64,000 nucleotides of DNA from the NCBI GenBank assembly GCA_964187785.1, contig OZ076409.1:46378001-46442000 (forward strand). The letters run 5' to 3'. This DNA comes from Amphiscolops sp. MND2022. Its lineage: Eukaryota. Position numbers and translations under genes: made by a program. The notes under the pieces are model-generated. The model saw only the letters and a list, made by a program, of their open reading frames with translations. It did no database searches and was not told where the DNA came from. Shown here one piece after another: positions 48,479 to 61,058 of the stretch. Numbering within the stretch: the first letter of the stretch is position 1; each line of letters starts with the position of its first letter.

Positions 48479-49460
48479 AACCAGAGCCGCATGTGCGGTA
48501 AAGGAGTCGGCTTAGGTTTTTTTCTGAAGTCGAAAAATGGCCCTTTTTTGACCATTTTTGGGCTAATTTTGGCTATGTTTCTCACATCCCAGCCATACGA
48601 TTTTGATGCCATTGCACATATAGGACTCTAATATGGTGTAGAATATCTGTAGAAAATTTCGTTCGAATCGTATGGACAGTTTTTGAGAAAATCGAAAAAA
48701 GTCGAGAAATGGCTGTTTTTTGGCCATTTTTGGGCTAATTTTGGCTGTTTCTCACATCCCAGCCATACGATTTTGATGCCATTGCACATATAGGACTCTA
48801 ATATGGTGTAAAATATCTGTAGAAAATTTCGTTCGAATCGTATGGACAGTTTTTGAGAAAATCGAAAAAAGTCGAAAAATGGCTGTTTTTTGGCCATTTT
48901 TGGGCTAATTTTGGCTATGTTTCTCACATCCCAGCCATACGATTTTGATGCCATTGCACATATAGGACTCTAATATGGTGTAAAATATCTGTAGAAAATT
49001 TCGTTCGAATCGTATGGACAGTTTTTGAGAAAATCGAAAAAAGTCGAAAAATGGCTGTTTTTTGGCCATTTTTGGGCTAATTTTGGCTATGTTTCTCACA
49101 TCCCAGCCATACGATTTTGATGCCATTGCACATATAGGACTCTAATATGGTGTAGAATAACTGTAGAAAATTTCGTTCGAATCGTATGGACAGTTTTTGA
49201 GAAAATCGAAAAAAGTCGAAAAATGGCTGTTTTTTGGCCATTTTTGGGCTAATTTTGGCTATGTTTCTCACATCCCAGCCATACGATTTTGATGGCTTTG
49301 CACACGCAGGGGCCCCTTTGGGTGTAGAATGACTGTGCAAAATTTCGTGAAAATCGTATGGACAGTTTTTGAGAAATTTGAAATTTTCATGAAAAGGTCG
49401 GGAGGAAAAAAAAAAACAACACGATTGCATAAGTAGTCGAAAATTTTTTCCGACTCCTAA
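48479..49460 (-). mobile_element. Nested second-family Helentron-like element
   Basis: SubTIRs AGGAGTCGG (48502) / CCGACTCCT (49450) and hairpin CCGC-ATGT-GCGG (48487). It interrupts CGTCTAAA|AA, which is intact at 47951. Confidence 0.75.
48527..49376. repeat. Tandem array of ~5 x 172 bp
   Basis: CTCACATCCC anchors at 48581, 48751, 48923, 49095 and 49267. Confidence 0.97.
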
Positions 49461-51312
49461 AAATCTACCCACTGTAAGAGTCGGGCACATTTTCTACTAA
49501 AATGCGCCGACTGAAAAATACCCACTGTAAGAGTCGGGCACATTTTCTACTAAAATGCGCAGACTAAAAACACTACGATCGATCGAATGGTATCCATAAT
49601 CGGGACTCCACCATGGGAATCTCTGGAGATGAACGGACACATAAGTCCTATTGTTTTAGGCTTCTGTAATTGTTCTATTGCCATTCAATTGTCAGAAAGG
49701 TACTGCTTTATTAGTCACTTGTCAGAAAGGAACTGCTTTATTAAAGTCTTGTTTTGTCTGTTCTTCTCTACGTCTCTCCATGTGTTGTCTCTGTCCTCCA
49801 CTTACATAGCAAGACTAAAACATTTCAAGATAAAGTTTGAAAATGTATCACTTATCTGTTGACTGCTGTCAGTGGACTTTCAGGTTTGCTCCAGCTAGTT
49901 TCTTCCAATCTCTTATTAACTCATCAAAACTGACGTGATTCTACTTTGGATATTATACAAGTGATGTCGATCGTGAATTTTGACCTTCTTATGTCGCCTC
50001 ATGTACACGTGCATCTTCGGGCAAGCTATTTAATGTGATACAAAAAAAATTGGCACGATTGCTAACTTCTCCGTACGAGCTGCACGATCTACTAACTTTG
50101 CTTTGAGTCAAAATGTGATATTTCAGCCATGTCTCTGTCATCCTTGAAGTTTTCTTTTGACTGTTAATTTAGGACGCTGGCAAAAAATTTCAATATAATT
50201 CTCGTTGCTTTTACCTCAAATGAATGTACACTTGTAGGTCTTAAGTCTGCTGTTTTTCATTCGCTATAATCATTTCTATTGTTTATCAATTTCCGTAATT
50301 GGAATTGGAGTCTTTTACTACTTTTACTTCAACACTCGCATCTTCTAGGTTAGAATCTTCCTAGAAGCAAAGATAACTTCGTTGCAGACTTTACCAAGTT
50401 GATGCCAAAAACTGTAGATGTCAAAGTAGAAGAAAGCAAGAAAAAACAAAATGCCCAAATGAAAATCCAATCAAAATCAAGCCATGGCTTTTTTCATTTT
50501 TTATTACTCCGCGTCGAAGACTTTAATGGTTCAATGAAGAAACTTGCAGGGAGTTTCACCTATTCCGAAAAGTTGGGTTGATGTCTCAACGAAATCATTT
50601 TCGTTGAACAGTAGGAAAGGGCTTGGAATTCCTTTTTCTGCAAAACCGATAATCTATCTCAAACATGTTTTAATAAAGAAAATATTCAGACGTTTCAAAG
50701 TCAAAGCAACGCATTTGAACGATTGAAAAATCTGAAAATTACTGAATTTATATACTGTAAGAAATCGCCGTTGATCTGAGATGTCGGTTTCGCGTGTTCA
50801 GCTCCTCGTTTGAGAAATCAAAACCTTTTTCTCAGGTTTGACCTTCGGTTTTTGTTTCTCAGATTCGCCCATAGCAAGACGCCAGTTAAGTACTGGGATA
50901 TTCTTCTCCCTCATTTTCGAACATAGTCGCAGTAACAAAAAACTGTTCAACCTAAAAGGAATTTTTTATTCGCACAAGAAATATCAATCACTTCGGATAT
51001 AACGTCAAAAATTTGAATATAGCGAGCTTTTTTCGACTTTGGAAGGACATCGGAAGATGAGATTCAAGCCTCCGCCTCTTCCTTAATATTGCGCAATTAC
51101 TTCAGATATAACGTCATAAACTCGGATAAAGCGCAATATTTTCGAAACTCCGCCTCCGTAGTAAAACAATTTATTTCGGATTCAACGTCAACAATTCGAA
51201 TTTAGTATGCTGCGCCAAATGGGAGCGTTTTCAAACCTCTGCCACCTCTTTAGTATTGCGCAATTCACTTCGGATATAGAGCAATATTTTTGAACCTGTG
51301 CTTTCTCCGTAG

Positions 51313-51490
51313 TAGTGGAAGCCGCTTAAATGGGACACGCGTATACGAGACAACGCTTGATGACGCGCGCATATTTCGGTCCTTTGGACTACCTGGCCCG
51401 GTCAATTGTACTACTGATATAAGAGACAACGGATATAATAGACAAGAATACCCGGTCCCGAGGCATCCCATATAAACGGCTTCCACGGTA
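51313..51490. mobile_element. Small MITE (Tc1/pogo-like ends)
   Basis: Imperfect TIRs GTGGAAGCCGCTTAAATGGGA / TCCCATATAAACGGCTTCCAC; lies within degenerate ACTTCGGATATAACGTC repeats (~50990-51610). Confidence 0.6.
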
Positions 51491-51698
51491 TAATGCAATT
51501 TACTTCGGATATTACGACCGACATTCGGATAAAGCGCAATGTTGGGAACCTCCGAATCCTCCTTAGAAAAAAGCTATTTACTTCGGATATAACGTCAAAA
51601 ATTCGGAAAAAGCCCGCTGGGCCAAATGGTACATTTCAAGATTTTGTAGAACTTTCGTACAACTATTTTGGTCATTTCGTGTGGATTGAAAAATAATG

Positions 51699-52134
51699 AC
51701 AAGCCGGGAACGGCATAAGTCGGCGCCATATCTAAGGCTCAAAAATAGCAAAAGGACTTCAAAGTGTCAAGTATTCTTTTACAGTACCCGAAAAACCCAA
51801 AAGTTGGTGGACCGAATTGGAGTGCTAAAAGGGGGGACCCTTTGGAATTTTTCAACATTTCTGTCGCAAAACATCAAAATTCAACAACTTCAACTTTGAA
51901 GTCATTAAAATATTTTCGAAAAAAGTTTCACAGTGCCGAAAAAAAATTGAAGGGCGGTATTGTATCGCCTGGTATTGTATGTTACGCGAAAAAAGGAAAA
52001 CCTTCTTGTTCAGTTCGCTAGGCCGAATGGTTCAATTTGACACAAAATGTCGTAGAACTTTCAAGAACTATCTTGGTCAGTTCGTAAGGATTGAAAAAAG
52101 CCAATAGTATAGCCTTTCATGAAGCGCCGACTAA
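51699..52134 (-). mobile_element. Non-autonomous Helentron-like element
   Basis: ACAAGCCGGGAACGGC, then AGTCGGCGC ... GCGCCGACTAA. Confidence 0.7.
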
Positions 52135-55100
52135 AAACCAACGAAAAGCCTCTCAATAGGCGCGCTTTTTATTTTCAATAAAACTCTAAATATACCAACT
52201 GTGAAAATATTTCCCCATGAATCAGATATATAACCAGAAAAAAACAATCGGCAGAATGTTATGATAAGACTACATTTCGACTATCGAACTACTCCTCTTA
52301 TTCCTTGATTTTTAATGATCTAAACCATATATAATCACTCAATCTAATTTTTCGCTGTATCAGTAACCCCATTTATATAGCTTGTGTGACAAGTTTTTCT
52401 CGAGACCATAAATCGCAGATAAATAGGTAACTCATTAACCGATTTTGTTCAATAAGGGTGCCTGGCTGGGGAGCATCTCGAAACCGGTCCAATTTTTTAT
52501 CACGTTTGCAAAAGTAGACGAGCTTCCATTACGATTTTACCGGCACTGCGACTTTTGATTCTTTTTCGTTTCATCAAAGGATTTTCTGATTTTTGCAAAC
52601 GCTTTTTGAGCTCAAATGGTCCCGATTTGGAATTTTTGGCCGTTTGTTTTTTTTCGGTTTCGGGTTAGGGGAAAATGCTTGAGACTGAAGGGCCCATGGG
52701 ATACTTTCTGCAATATTTTCCAGTTAACCATTAGCATATTTAAGACTCGGCGTTTCTTGCTGTGTCTTTTTGAATATTCCGTGTTTCGACGATGAATTTG
52801 ACGACAGTACCAACCAAAACGGCATAAGTCGGTGTGCTGCTGGAGGCTGTTTGGTTCAGACCTGTTAGTAGCGCACAACTTCGAAACAATTGTCAAGTGT
52901 CGAGGAAATCCGGAATGAAACATTTTGGGTTTGCTTTGCTTCCACGGTTGCAAATTCCCTTGCATACTAATTAATCTAAGGTGGCCTTTTGGCATAAAAA
53001 CTCAAAGTTGAAAAATTTGAAGATAGTGAACTGATCTCTTCTAGTTCCTCAGAACAAAATACTCACGCAACTAAAGGGAGAACTATTTGAAAGTATTTTG
53101 GAATTTTGACTGGACAATACATGACGTACTGATAAAACTGAACGAATTACAAATATTCCGACCTTCCGATAGGAGACCGAAGAAAAAAACTAGTCAATGT
53201 GCCGGCCGAGGTCTCACCTACCTTGCTGAAAGTTCATCACGAGTGTCACAGACTTAAAATAAAACGCTGAAATCGAGGCAAAGCCCCAAACAGCGAGGCA
53301 ACATTGATTTCACGGTAGCAATATCAGTAACTTTATAATAAAATTCATGTCATTTGTAACGCAACATCTCCCTCCTTGTGACTGAACAATAATGCAGCCT
53401 GCTTTTGAAAATGATTTAAGAACAGTGATGTCCTGTTGAATGAAATTGATCCAATTTTTAACCAAAATTCTATTCGAAAAAAAAGATTATTTGATGGAAT
53501 CATAACATAAATACCAAAATACATACAAACTGAAACAAAAGAAACAAATCTGGACAAACAAGCCTATTGGCTCGTCAACGATCCTGCTATGAAGAACCAA
53601 ATTCAGCGATTTTTAGAAAGATGTTTTGAAACTATTTCAGCCCAAAGGTCTTTGCTGAAGTTCACTACCGAAAAAACTTCAAAATCAGCAGAATTCTTTT
53701 TCAAAGTAATATGCAAAGAGAAGCTTATCAGCTACATAGTTCGAGGTTATACTTCTGATGAGCTTTTTACCTTGATAACGTGATAGTTTCCTCAAATCTA
53801 TTGAGATGACGGTCAATAAAGGGAGAGCAGCATTCCAAAAGTTCATTACTGATTCCATCGATGCCACAGCTTTTCTTATTTTTCAATGCTTTGATGATAC
53901 TTCTATCTTTCCAGTAGAATCAAAACTCAATGTTTAGTCACAATTAAAGGACCCCGAAAGTTATGCAGTTTAGATAGCCTGGATGACAATGATGACCCAA
54001 CAATTACAAAAAAATCAAGTCGTGTAAATGAAGCAGTTGATTAGGTTGCTGGTCGTTTTCTTTGTTTTTAATGTCCTATTTACTCCTCGTGCAGTGGGAT
54101 TTACGTTAAGTTTTCCGAAGTTATCCTGTTTCTTAGCTTCGCGAATCATTGGACAAACTTTGTTTCCGAATAACTTATATAATCATAATGATTACTTTCC
54201 GTGGGTTTTTCTACACAAGTCTTGAAGTTTTTACATTCTGTCATTGCATTTTTGATTTTGTTAGTTATCCTTCGATTGGATGGCCATTCAACCGAACAGA
54301 CCCTGCGGTGCAATTTATCTACAGATTCACTGACTGAGTTAAAAATGGATACTATATGATATTCAGCCAATGTCTGGTCATCAATTTTTGATATGAAAAA
54401 AAAATGTAATGTGTTGTCCTTCCACATTTTTTGTGTCCATGGTCCTTGTTGGGTTTGAAACCGTCGTTTGACGAAAAAATGTTTCTTGGTAAAATGGAGT
54501 AAAACAGTAAAATGACTACTAATGGTAGTCGAAAGGGTTCCAGTGCTAACTACGTTTTGGGTTATCATGTGATCAATATAACTTAGTAATAGGGGTGACC
54601 CTTGTCGGTAGTTTTTTGTTTCTCAAAAGCATACGCGTATCTCAAAATCATACACATGTCTCAAAATCATACGCTGATTATATTTAAATGTTATTAACAA
54701 AAAGGAATAACCAAAACTCCATAGAGGTTTAATCTGGAATTCCAGAATACCAGGATTATTCAACAAACGGTGCTTCAACCCAAAATTTGAAACATTTTCG
54801 GTAAATATTTCCAGCTGTGTTCCGGAATGAAGGGTTGTCCATGTTCCAACATCGCCTATCAAAGGCACTGTATTCATCGTCCCAATTTGAGTCCAATTTA
54901 GCCGAATTGGTGAAACCGATCGGTTAGTAATCCAACTAATTTAACAGTTTCTTAACCAAGTTGTTTAACAGATGGTTATACAACCGGGTAAACTGGACAT
55001 CACTGCTTGTGAAACAGTCCCAGAATTTTCCATGTTTGATAGCCTACAAGTCCCAATGCGGGACATCATCTGGGCTGGACTTGACTTGTTTGGCGCATGT

Positions 55101-55552
55101 ATTTTGTTTTCGATTTCATCAAAAAGTTGATTCCATGATATTTCACTGCGTCTGGAAGTGCTTCAATTAAATTCTCGAAAAGAGTCATCTGTACCATTTG
55201 ACAATAAAGTCTAAATAGGATACTTGAAATTGTGTATTGGACTGCCACATCTCTTCAATTTACTCTAACAGTGTGCCTCTTGTGTATGATAATACTTAGC
55301 GTCAAAACGTTGAACTATTTTGAGACCGCTCAATTTAAAAGAAATTCAAGCGTTTACTGTATGTTTCAATACAGCGACGAATAATCCAGTAACCTCAACC
55401 ACTTGGTCACAGATAGTTTAAACTTTCAGGGCATAGCTATGCAATAAGAAAAACCCATCATGGCCATTCAAACATTTAATGAAACAATCGTTACAAAAAG
55501 GAAGACTTAAATTGAGGCTAAACAGACTCAAGTTATAATTCTGAAGCTCAAC

Positions 55553-56488
55553 TCACAGCAGGTATATAGTGATATCAATATCTGTATGCAGAAAAACTTC
55601 CTTGATTATCAGCTTCATTCTATCCCAATTCAGCTTGTCTAGACCGCAGCCTATCGCAGGCATGGAAATTTGGGACACTTGTTTTTCAAGAGCATGATTC
55701 CTCATTTCAACTAAAGAATATCTCACATTTGCGTAGGTTGGTTTGTCAAAGTGTCTCTTCTTGGTAACCAAGTAATATATGAATCTTGAATCTACAGGCA
55801 GAATAGCTACCTTTCCGACACCTATTCTTTGCTGGCGCAAGTACTGTACGTTCTTGAACTGATGTTTGAATATTTTTGCGATTCCAGCTCCCATGGCCAA
55901 ATCCTCAGACACACAATGAGCCAAACTTTGCCTTGAGGAGAAAAGATCGCCATTGATTTCCTTCACCGAGCTCTTACCACGGCAAACAAAAAATTGAGCA
56001 TCCGTGGAAAAACTGATATCACTTAGAGCTTTCGTGATAACATCTACCATAGTCAATTCTTTTTTGTTTTTGGCAAAAACAGCATCGAGCACGTAAAAAC
56101 TTGTAGCTTCGGGTTTGCTTTGATGTTGGTATTTTTTCTTGAGGAAACTTTTGAGAGCTGAAACTGCGTCGCCATAACTTTCCTCCTTGAAGCTCTTATT
56201 TCCTTTAATTCTAGGAGCGACACTATCGACGCTTAAAGCACAAACCAGAGGCCATTCCTTCGTTTTCCATGCTTTGTAAGATCCATATCTGAACTCTCCA
56301 TTTATTCTACCATGGAAACGTGTCAACAGCTGGTTATAGTCTCGTACATTGGGTGCACAGAAAATAACTTGGTTGCCAAATGATTTTCCGAAGAAATCGT
56401 TTGTAGAAGAAACATGAGAGTGTATAATTTTAAAAGTATCAAACGCTTGAGTGAAAGTGCGCTTTGTAGATCTTCTGGGGCTGCCCAT
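55553..56488 (-). CDS. OARD1: TARG1/OARD1-like ADP-ribose glycohydrolase with an N-terminal extension (311 aa, single exon)
   Basis: GDLF..SLAHCVSEDLAMGAGIA..YYLVTKK..KPTY..MPAIGCGLDKLNW..ITIY is the TARG1 signature, with catalytic Lys and Asp equivalents retained. First ATG at 56488, with an in-frame stop upstream. Confidence 0.9.
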   Translation of the reverse strand: MGSPRRSTKRTFTQAFDTFKIIHSHVSSTNDFFGKSFGNQVIFCAPNVRDYNQLLTRFHGRINGEFRYGSYKAWKTKEWPLVCALSVDSVAPRIKGNKSFKEESYGDAVSALKSFLKKKYQHQSKPEATSFYVLDAVFAKNKKELTMVDVITKALSDISFSTDAQFFVCRGKSSVKEINGDLFSSRQSLAHCVSEDLAMGAGIAKIFKHQFKNVQYLRQQRIGVGKVAILPVDSRFIYYLVTKKRHFDKPTYANVRYSLVEMRNHALEKQVSQISMPAIGCGLDKLNWDRMKLIIKEVFLHTDIDITIYLL

Positions 56489-57724
56489 CTTAGTCAATGT
56501 TTATGGCATGCTCAAGTTGCTTCCGCCGTGGAGTAATTGAGTCAGTGTAACAAGTTCTAGTACGTCATAGCAAACTGAAGAGTGCAGGAAGATTCATTTT
56601 TTATCTTGAACACATTTTTATCCTGAACTACTGATGTAATGCCGTCAAATCTCCGCACTAATGGCATTTGTCGAAAACGTTTGTGAAAAAGTAATATGTT
56701 GCAATGAATGAATTTTCACAAAAATGAATTGCAATTATACCCTTTCTTAAAACATGGAACGATGAGAAAAATTATGTTTTTTTTTTCAAAAACCTTGTAA
56801 AACTAAAATGGTAGATAAGATTGAGAGCTACCGGAAGAGTACTCCTAAACTGGTATTCTTTGTTTTATAAACCAGAAATTTCACCAGAATATCGCATATG
56901 GAGGCAGTGTATCAATGAGCTAAATGTCAAATTTCAGTTTCTGTGAAATGCGTTGAGGCATTCGGTATTATTCAGTCAGGGACACAACTTTTGTCGGTAA
57001 GTGTACTTTTCACAGGCCTTGAAACTTTTGCAGTTGCCATCAAAATTGTCGAAAATGGTGGCAATAATCAATTGCTTTTGGTACCTTTTTGTCAGAACTT
57101 TTCTTACGAAAATGCACTATGCACTACCTCGAAAACTAGATATCAAAGAAATGTTTTTTCTCACTTTTTGCGATAATTTTTTCATGAAATAGTTGACCTT
57201 ATTTTTTGCATTTAGAGCTACAGGAGGAGTATTCTCAAAATAACACTTAGTTTTGAAACATGAGATTTGATCAAAACATCGCAATTCTGTATCAATAGGG
57301 CAGTTACGAAGTTTCCATAACCACGAAATGAATTAGATAGGGATAAAAATTTCAATACATTTTTGAGAATTCTTTTGGTACGGAGGGGAAACGATTTTAA
57401 GCAGATGGACTTGATAAGGGACAGAAGTTTGTTTCTAAGTGTTACACAAGTCAGTTGGATTGTACTAATCAACGAATTAACTATGTTGTTTCAATTGAAT
57501 TAAGGAATTCAGATTGACAAAAGGGTATTACAACTAAACTTTTCAAGACCGGTCCGTAACCGCAGCGTATAGAAAAAATGGAAAGATTTTTGCCGCGATT
57601 TTCGCTAGTCATAACTTTCGCTTTCATCTCTTGACGTTGGAAGTACATTTATACATTTACCGACAAAAGTTCTGTCCCTGGCTGAATAAGTTCAACTTCT
57701 TCAAAACGTTTATATAATACATTT

Positions 57725-57814
57725 TTTTATACTTACAGTGTCGACATATCAAAAGAGTTCCCAAAAATGTTTTATACTTACAGTGTCGACATATCAAAAG
57801 AGTTCCCAAAAATG
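57725..57814. repeat. 45-bp tandem duplication
   Basis: TTTTATACTTACAGTGTCGACATATCAAAAGAGTTCCCAAAAATG twice. Confidence 0.9.
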
Positions 57815-58881
57815 ATTCTAAATTTTCTGCGGAATTCGTGAAGTTATGGGAACTTCGTATTCGACCCATTTCGAAAAAAAATGTTTTGGTGGAAATTCGT
57901 GTTAGTAAAATAGGCCCCTCCGGGGCTCAGTACTATTTCTGCTTTAATCTTTTTTTTTGAAACAAAAAATTCATTAATAAAAGAAACATCTGGAATTCCA
58001 ATACACTCTTGTTTAATCATTATTTAGCGCACAATTACATGTAATCACTGTACAAGTCTACACCGCCTTTAATTCTTCCCGGACTAAAGAAAATATAACA
58101 ACTAAGCGTAGACGAAGTTTCGCATTCGCATTTGAATACAGGCGAAGCTCTCAACGAACGAAAAATTACCACTCATTCGCTTCATCTCAATAACTCGGGG
58201 CAACGAAAGCACAATTACGAACATTCGCTCGCTTCATCTCGATGACGTCAGCATACGAATGGATAATTACCACTCGCTCGTTCCATCGCACTAGAATTGA
58301 ATTGTCTTCGGCAGCTCTCTCGCTTACACTCACTGCCGAACAAAATATCTGAATTATTCAGATCGTCCGAAAAATTGTACTGAAAAAAAAATAAGTAGAC
58401 ATTTTCGGATTTCAATAATATTCCTGCTAAAGCAGAAATATTAAAAACAAAGAATGCATGTTTGAGAATACTCCTCCCTTGTTTCAAGATAGGACATAGT
58501 GACAAATTTCCGTTTTTTTCGAAGTTGTGAAACATTACTGTTCAGAGAATTTTGTTACTTATAGGTTTTCGGAAACTGCTTGTCACTGAAGTGACAAGCA
58601 GTTTTCGAAAATATTTTCGATAAATGCAACCAGTGCCAAGATTTTTGACGAAAACTGCTAAAAAACTTGAATTTCAATTTGACGTGGAACGTTTTTCTCA
58701 GCATTTCAGCAGTAGTTCAGGATAGAAGTGTGAATGAATTCTTTGTGCAGCAGTACATTTCTCATGCAGTTTCCATTTCTGACGCTCAATTTCTTCACAA
58801 AAAGTTTCCACACACTTCCTGCCTCATCAAACTAAAATTCATTTAAGACAGAACTTTTGCCGGTGAGTATATTTATCAACT

Positions 58882-59968
58882 TTCACTCACCTCTCTGCAC
58901 GGAAATGAAAGAAGAATCAGAAAAAAATCATGGACCACGAATCATTAACAACGCAACGGAATACGTATAACAATAGTTTATTTTGATCATTGAAAGTAGT
59001 GATGTACATTTATATTCAAATTTTGAATTAAATTTGAATTCATTTCAATAATAATAGAACGGAAATATATGAATTGTAAATTACAAAAAATTGATGAATT
59101 AAATGTACAAGCGCTCGTATTCATAAGCCGTCGGTCGTAATGTTCACTCACCTCTCTTCACAGAAATGAAAGAAGTATCAGAAAAAATCATGGACCACGA
59201 ATCATTAACAACGCAACGGAATACGTATAACAATAATTTATTTTGATCATTGAAAGCAGTGATGTACATTTATACAAAGTGTTTTTTTTAGTTGTCACAC
59301 TTTTGAATTGCAATAACTTCCCTTGACGTGGAGCTAGGAATACGAACTTTTGCATGTGTCGAGCTAAGATAATAGAAGAGCGTTTGTGTTAACATGAAAC
59401 GATTACTACCGTTACCTCGTTTCACAACATGTGAAAGAATTTTACTTCCGATTCAAAAACCGCCGTGATAAAACACCACTTTGCACAATGCTTTCTCATG
59501 TTTCTCAAAGCAACCACTATACGCGGCTTAAAAGATCGGATCAAGAGCGCTTTTGACGATATTCGAGGCGATACAGGTCTATTTTTGCGAGTTTGGGCGA
59601 ATCTGTTACACCGTTGCAAATTGGTGGTGGAAAACACGGTGAACACATTGAGCCGCTTTCTAAAACCCAGCGAAAAATTTAACTATCTGTTACGGTTGAA
59701 GTAAATTGAATTGAAGCAATTTTTTGTTATAGATCTTTCTTCTATTATCTTGGCTTCATGCATGCAAAATTTCATCTTAGTAGCTTAACTGGTCAACGAG
59801 ATATTTAAAAACAAAAGTGTGACAACTAAAAAAAACACTTTGTATTCAAATTTTGAATTAAATTTGAATTCATTTCAATAATAGAACGGAAATATATGAA
59901 TGTAAATTACAAAAAATTGATGAATTAAATGTACAATCGCTCGTATTCATAAGCCGTCGGTCGTAATG
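58882..59968. repeat. ~261-bp tandem duplication, second copy interrupted by a MITE
   Basis: TTCACTCACCTCT...GTCGGTCGTAATG at 58882-59142 and again from 59143. Confidence 0.9.
59275..59842. mobile_element. Tc1/mariner-type MITE (568 bp)
   Basis: ~30-bp TIRs CAAAGTGTTTTTTTTAGTTGTCACACTTTTG; TA duplication shown by the empty site in the paralogous copy (TTTATATTCAAA, ~59010). Confidence 0.9.
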
Positions 59969-60185
59969 TCACTACTAAAATGACAGAATTTGAAGTTTTC
60001 GAGCAAAAGCGTCCACATTTTAAGAACCATGAGAATTTTCTCGAGGTCTTAAGTTGGCCATTTCACTTGGATTTTAAAGCTCTGCGACATTTGGTTGGCT
60101 GAGAATTTAGCTCAAAACGAACTCCTTGAAGTTTCTGTGGAATCTTTTCGACGTCTGGCGTGAGTCCAGGCATTTTAAATTATTT

Positions 60186-60378
60186 CAAGAAATTTTAACT
60201 CTGTGGAGAACTCGTAGAGATGAGAATTTGAGTAACAAAAATTGTTTACAATATAAATGAAGATCAATGGTCGAAATTTAAATTATTACAAGAAATTTAA
60301 ACTCTGTGGAGAACTCGTAGAGATGAGAATTTAAGTAACAAAAATTTTTTATAATATAAATGTACATCAATGGTCGAA
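60186..60378. repeat. 103-bp tandem duplication
   Basis: CAAGAAATTT.AACTCTGTGGAGAACTCGTAGAGATG at 60186 and 60289. Confidence 0.85.
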
Positions 60379-60691
60379 AGGAAAGAAAAGTAAGGCAATC
60401 AATAAAACAGTTTCACTGCTTTGTGAAATTGATATGTAACATTAAAAAACATCTTGGTTGCTGGTGTGGAAAAATTCTGAACATCGAAGAAACAAATTAT
60501 TTTCAACCAATCACACAATGAAAATAGTTAGTACCATGTGACAGGAATACGTTCAAATGCAAAGCATAAGTTACTCAAGATTACAAAGATCAACGATAGA
60601 TGGGGAGAAACAAACGCAAAGTCCACTTTGAGACGGCTGTATGACTCATTTGTTAAGTTTTCAATTTAGAATTGTCACGGTGACGTTATTT

Positions 60692-60825
60692 TCAATAGCC
60701 TCTAGAACTTCCACCACCTTGTCTACCTCTTCCTCGATTACTACCGCCGACAGAAAAATCTGAATCATTCTGACGTTTGCCACGTCCGCGTCCTTTGCCT
60801 CGCGCATCACTGAATCCGTCATCGC
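60692..60825 (-). CDS. Last exon of the second TARG1-like gene (RG-rich tail)
   Basis: Acceptor TTTGTTTCTAAAG|GC, phase-compatible with the donor at 61058; encodes GDDGFSDARGKGRGRGKRQNDSDFSVGGSNRGRGRQGGGSSRGY*. Confidence 0.75.
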
Positions 60826-61058
60826 CTTTAGAAACAAACAATTGTCAACAAAAAACTTCAAAATAATGAGCAGTCTGATTGCATAGAATTTCATGGCCAA
60901 AATCTGTTGAAGTGTGTTCAAACGAGATGAGTACAAAACAATCCATTTGGATTTTCATACGGTTTTGAAATTTTGACGAATTAAAAACCGCAAATGACCC
61001 GCTTTGCAAAATTTAGCGAACTGAGGCCCCTTTGAGAGACGGTCCAGACTTTTCATAC

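Larger units (their letters stand above)
47472..49568 (-). mobile_element. Two tandem Helentron-like elements (47472-48006, 48007-49568), the second with a nested insertion and a 53-bp terminal duplication
   Basis: Hairpin/subTIR ends at 47472 and 48007; duplicated TACCCACTGTAAGAGTCGGG...GCGC.GACT at 49466 and 49519. Confidence 0.7.

Noticed and set aside
48527..49376. CRISPR-like array or repeated MASKSYGWDV ORFs
   Set aside because: Whole-unit tandem repeats without unique spacers, in eukaryotic context; the ORFs are by-products.
53589..53900. Possible Harbinger-like transposase trace (YRKNFKISRILF)
   Set aside because: A single weak motif with no TIRs or catalytic residues.
60661..60936. 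91-aa minus ORF as a gene
   Set aside because: Wrong frame; the phase-compatible exon is the RG-rich frame 60825-60692.
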